A stretch of DNA of 64,000 nucleotides from an uncultured delta proteobacterium (lineage in GTDB: Bacteria; Desulfobacterota; Desulfomonilia; UBA1062). This document shows, in pieces, positions 61,077 through 64,000 of this stretch. A program made the translations under genes and the position numbers. Within the stretch, counting starts at the first letter, position 1. Each line of letters opens with the position of its first letter. Where the stretch lies: NCBI GenBank assembly GCA_963785235.1, contig CAWAUM010000005.1:448001-512000 (forward strand), written 5' to 3'. The notes under the pieces were generated by a model that did no database searches, was not told where the DNA came from, and saw only the letters and a list, made by a program, of their open reading frames with translations.

Positions 61077-62312
61077 ATGAAGGCGATATCCGTTCCTTCG
61101 AGGCTCTGGTACGATAACACGGAGAGAGAGCTTACCTTCCCTGACAGGTGGGATGTGACCAACCTCACCTCTCCCGGTCTTAATAAACCCGGACTCACCC
61201 CTGAGCAGATTAAATTTAAGATAGAGAATCCTATTGAAGGAGCAACACTTGTCGAGCTTGCAAGGAACAAAAAGCAGGCAGTCATTGTCTTCGATGATAT
61301 GACCAGGCCTACCCCGGTCAAGGATGTTGCGCAGTTCGTTTTAGATATCCTTCACAGGGCAGGTATGAATCGAGACCAGATAAGATTTCTGTGGTCACTC
61401 GGAAGTCATGGGGCATATGATATGATAAATGCCCGCAAGAAGCTCGGTGAACATATTGTCGAGAATTATGCAGTCTATAATCATGACCCTTTTCAGAATA
61501 CGGTTCGTGTGGGCAGGACCCCAACGGGTGTAGAGGTCTGGTTCAACAGGGAATTCATGTCCTGTGACCTGAAGATCGGGATCGGCTGTATTACCCCTCA
61601 TGTCCATGTAGGATTCGGTGGCGGCGCCAAGATCATCATGCCTGGTGTTGCAGGCATTGAGACCATTAACCAGTTCCATAACCAGCTCTTCCGCGATCAA
61701 TCTCTTACAGGCCTTGGTAATTTTGAAAAGAATATCATGCGCGGTGAATGTGATGCTGCGGGCGATCTGGCAGGGCTCAATTTCAAGATCGACTGCCTCA
61801 TCAACCGCAAGGGCCAAATTACCAACCTTTATTCAGGACCTTTCAGAGCTACCCACGCAGCAGGGGCTGAAGAGGGTAAAGAGCATTATGGTATCCCCTT
61901 CTCCAATGGGTATGACATAGTAGTATGCAACTCTTATGCAAAGGCCAGCGAATCAGCCATTGCACTGCTTCTTTCTCTACAGACCATGAAACCCGGCCAG
62001 GGCACAGCAGTGCTCATCTCCGATGCCCCTGAGGGTCAAGTGCCTCACTATGTAATGAGGGCATGGGGATTAGACTACGGCGGACGGCACTACAACCACC
62101 GAGCTCCGGGTTTTGTGCAACTCCTTATGAAAAAACTCATTGTCCTTAATCCGTTTCCCGACAGGATGGGCCTTGATCTGGTCTGTCACCCGGATGATGC
62201 CAGAACAGTTAAAACATGGCAGGAAGTGCTAGCTATCCTTGAGCAGGATTACCCGAATGAGGCTAAGGTAGCTGTTATACAGGACGGCACCATGCAGTAC
62301 ATGAGACTGTAA
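61077..62312 (+). CDS. LarA-family (nickel-pincer) racemase/epimerase
   Basis: DDMTRPTP, LGSHG, NHD, PHVHVGFGGGAKIIMPGVAG and a downstream His (NQFHN); these match LarA catalytic and cofactor-binding residues. Confidence 0.85.
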   Translation: MKAISVPSRLWYDNTERELTFPDRWDVTNLTSPGLNKPGLTPEQIKFKIENPIEGATLVELARNKKQAVIVFDDMTRPTPVKDVAQFVLDILHRAGMNRDQIRFLWSLGSHGAYDMINARKKLGEHIVENYAVYNHDPFQNTVRVGRTPTGVEVWFNREFMSCDLKIGIGCITPHVHVGFGGGAKIIMPGVAGIETINQFHNQLFRDQSLTGLGNFEKNIMRGECDAAGDLAGLNFKIDCLINRKGQITNLYSGPFRATHAAGAEEGKEHYGIPFSNGYDIVVCNSYAKASESAIALLLSLQTMKPGQGTAVLISDAPEGQVPHYVMRAWGLDYGGRHYNHRAPGFVQLLMKKLIVLNPFPDRMGLDLVCHPDDARTVKTWQEVLAILEQDYPNEAKVAVIQDGTMQYMRL

Positions 62313-62515
62313 ATCTGTTTCTATTCTTAAATAGGCAATCATGATCTCAGATTGCTGAGTTGATCAGCTGATATTATTCAAGCATTTTTTAAAAAAAATA
62401 TTTAGCATAAGAGATTTTCTCTCAAAAATTGCAAGCGTTCATAAATCTATCAATATATTGATTAGTTACATGTAGCTCAAGTCTATGCAACTACTGCTGA
62501 ACTATAAAAAAAGCC

Positions 62516-62544
62516 TTGACAGTGAAAAAGACCTATTGTACCTT
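62516..62544 (+). promoter_or_regulatory. Putative sigma70 promoter for hppA (TTGACA-N17-TACCTT)
   Basis: Hexamers at 62516-62521 and 62539-62544. Confidence 0.5.
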
Positions 62545-62753
62545 TTCGTGGGCTGAATGATGATTCACTCATGAAGGAATTGGGTTGGTTCGTAGGAGAG
62601 GGTAGTATCTATCAAAGCACAAACCAGTGCTGATGCAACATATTTCAGACAGGGATAATTTATAAGTTTAAAATTAAATTTGGAGCTAAGCTAGAAATGT
62701 GCCTGTTATAGGCACATATTCGATGTAGTGACCAATAAACAAGGAGATGAGAC

Positions 62754-64000
62754 ATGAGTAAAGTAAAGCTAAGTTTATGGTCTTTAATGACGGCCATAGG
62801 TACCTCGCTATTTACCATGGTACCTGCAGCCTTCGCAGGGGAAGCGGATATCAAGCTTCCGGATCTGTCCAATGTGATGTTCAACATCGGTGGAGCTGCT
62901 GTAAGTGGTGTGACGATCCTCAATTTTGGGTTGGTGGTATCTGTCATCGGTTTACTCTTCGGCCTTATGCAGTACAGCCAGACCAAGAATCTGCCTGCAC
63001 ACAGCGCCATGCTTTCCGTTTCCAACACCATCTGGGAAACGTGTAAGACCTATCTGGGCCAGCAGGGCAAGTTCCTGTTCGGACTCTGGGTACTCATTGC
63101 GATCTGTATCGTCTATTATTTCTCCGGGCTCCAGGGCGCTCCCCTGTCCAGCATCATCATCATCCTCTTCTGCTCCATCATGGGTATCCTGGGCTCTTAT
63201 GGTGTGGCATGGTTCGGTATCAGGATCAACACCGTTGCCAATTCCAGGGCTGCCTTTGCATCTCTCAAGTCAAGCCCTCTGGATATCGTCAACATCTGCC
63301 TCCGTTCAGGCATGAGCGTCGGCCTTCTGCTGGTGAGCGTTGAACTTTTCTTCATGATCCTGATCCTTGCTTACATACCCGAAAGAACTTGCAGGCCCAA
63401 GTTTTATCGGGTTCGCCATCGGCGAGTCACTGGGTGCCAGTGCACTTCGTATCTGCGGCGGTATCTTCACCAAGATCGCTGACATCGGAAGCGACTTAAT
63501 GAAGATCGTGTTCCAGCTTCCAGAAGACGATCCCAAGAACCCCGGCGTTATTGCCGACTGCACCGGCGACAATGCCGGCGACAGTGTAGGTCCCACAGCC
63601 GACGGCTTCGAGACCTACGGTGTAACCGGTGTCGCCCTGATCGCATTCCTTGCACTGGCCCTGTACGGCAACCAGGAAATGTGCGGCACACTGATTGTCT
63701 GGATATTTGCAATGCGTATCCTCATGATCCTCACCTCACTGGTTTCCTATTTTGTCAATAATGCTCTGAGCAGTGCCCTCTTCAAAGGGAAACTGGAATT
63801 CGACTTTGAACATCCCATGACGAACCTGGTCTGGATAACCTCTATAATTTCCATTTTGGTCACCTTTGCTGCAAGCTATGTCCTGCTTGGCAACCTTGAC
63901 CCTGTTAAATACGGCGACCTGTGGTGGGCACTTTCAATAATCATCAGTTGCGGCACCATTGCCGGCGCCCTGATCCCCGAGTTTACCAAGGTATTCACCA
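62754..64000 (+). CDS. hppA: Membrane-bound ion-translocating pyrophosphatase; apparent frameshift near 63380; runs off the right edge
   Basis: After the shift the frame reads GFAIGESLGASALRICGGIFTKIADIGSDLMKIV...EDDPKNPGVIADCTGDNAGDSVG.TADGFETY. Confidence 0.93.

Noticed and set aside
62313-62753. ncRNA or small ORF in the 440-bp gap before hppA
   Set aside because: It is AT-rich with promoter-like elements only; no convincing stem set or SD-led ORF.
23085-63385. Programmed ribosomal frameshifting or phase variation as the cause of the split genes
   Set aside because: There is no shared slippery heptamer or long homopolymer, and unrelated and essential genes are affected. Error is simpler.
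514-63596. Many 60-330 aa ORFs antisense to or overlapping real genes (e.g. 560-1540 +, 32266-33042 +, 45701-46423 +, 29855-30436 +)
   Set aside because: They are shadows of well-supported genes and have no recognisable motifs or SDs.
1-64000. CRISPR array, tRNA/rRNA, transposase, integrase or prophage genes
   Set aside because: No regularly spaced repeats, cloverleaf or rRNA-like tracts were seen, and no ORF had mobile-element motifs.

Overview
Gene-dense chromosomal window from an anaerobic bacterium, probably deltaproteobacterial/Desulfobacterota-like (inferred from gene content and style, not from a search). Housekeeping genes: tmk, ppdK, lptFG, nrdD/nrdG with tandem NrdR boxes, nadE, rpsP-khpA-rimM-trmD-rplS-rnhB-yraN, uvrA, surA-like, mfd, tilS, gatCAB-mtnA, hppA. 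Accessory genes: a MoxR/DUF58/transglutaminase triad, two PAS hybrid kinases and a lone receiver, three long-chain acyl-CoA ligases, two CoA-transferase fusions, two orphan ABC binding proteins and an MCP-cheW pair. The best candidate for an undescribed system is at 51.8-62.3 kb. A radical 2-hydroxyacyl-CoA dehydratase operon (two subunits, an SDR, one activator) lies divergent from IclR and a LarA-family racemase. The spacer holds overlapping opposed sigma70-type promoters, a palindromic operator and an unannotated decayed acyl-CoA ligase. At least nine genes, including trmD and rimM, carry small frameshifts that are most simply read as assembly or long-read errors. I saw no rRNA, tRNA, CRISPR array or transposase.
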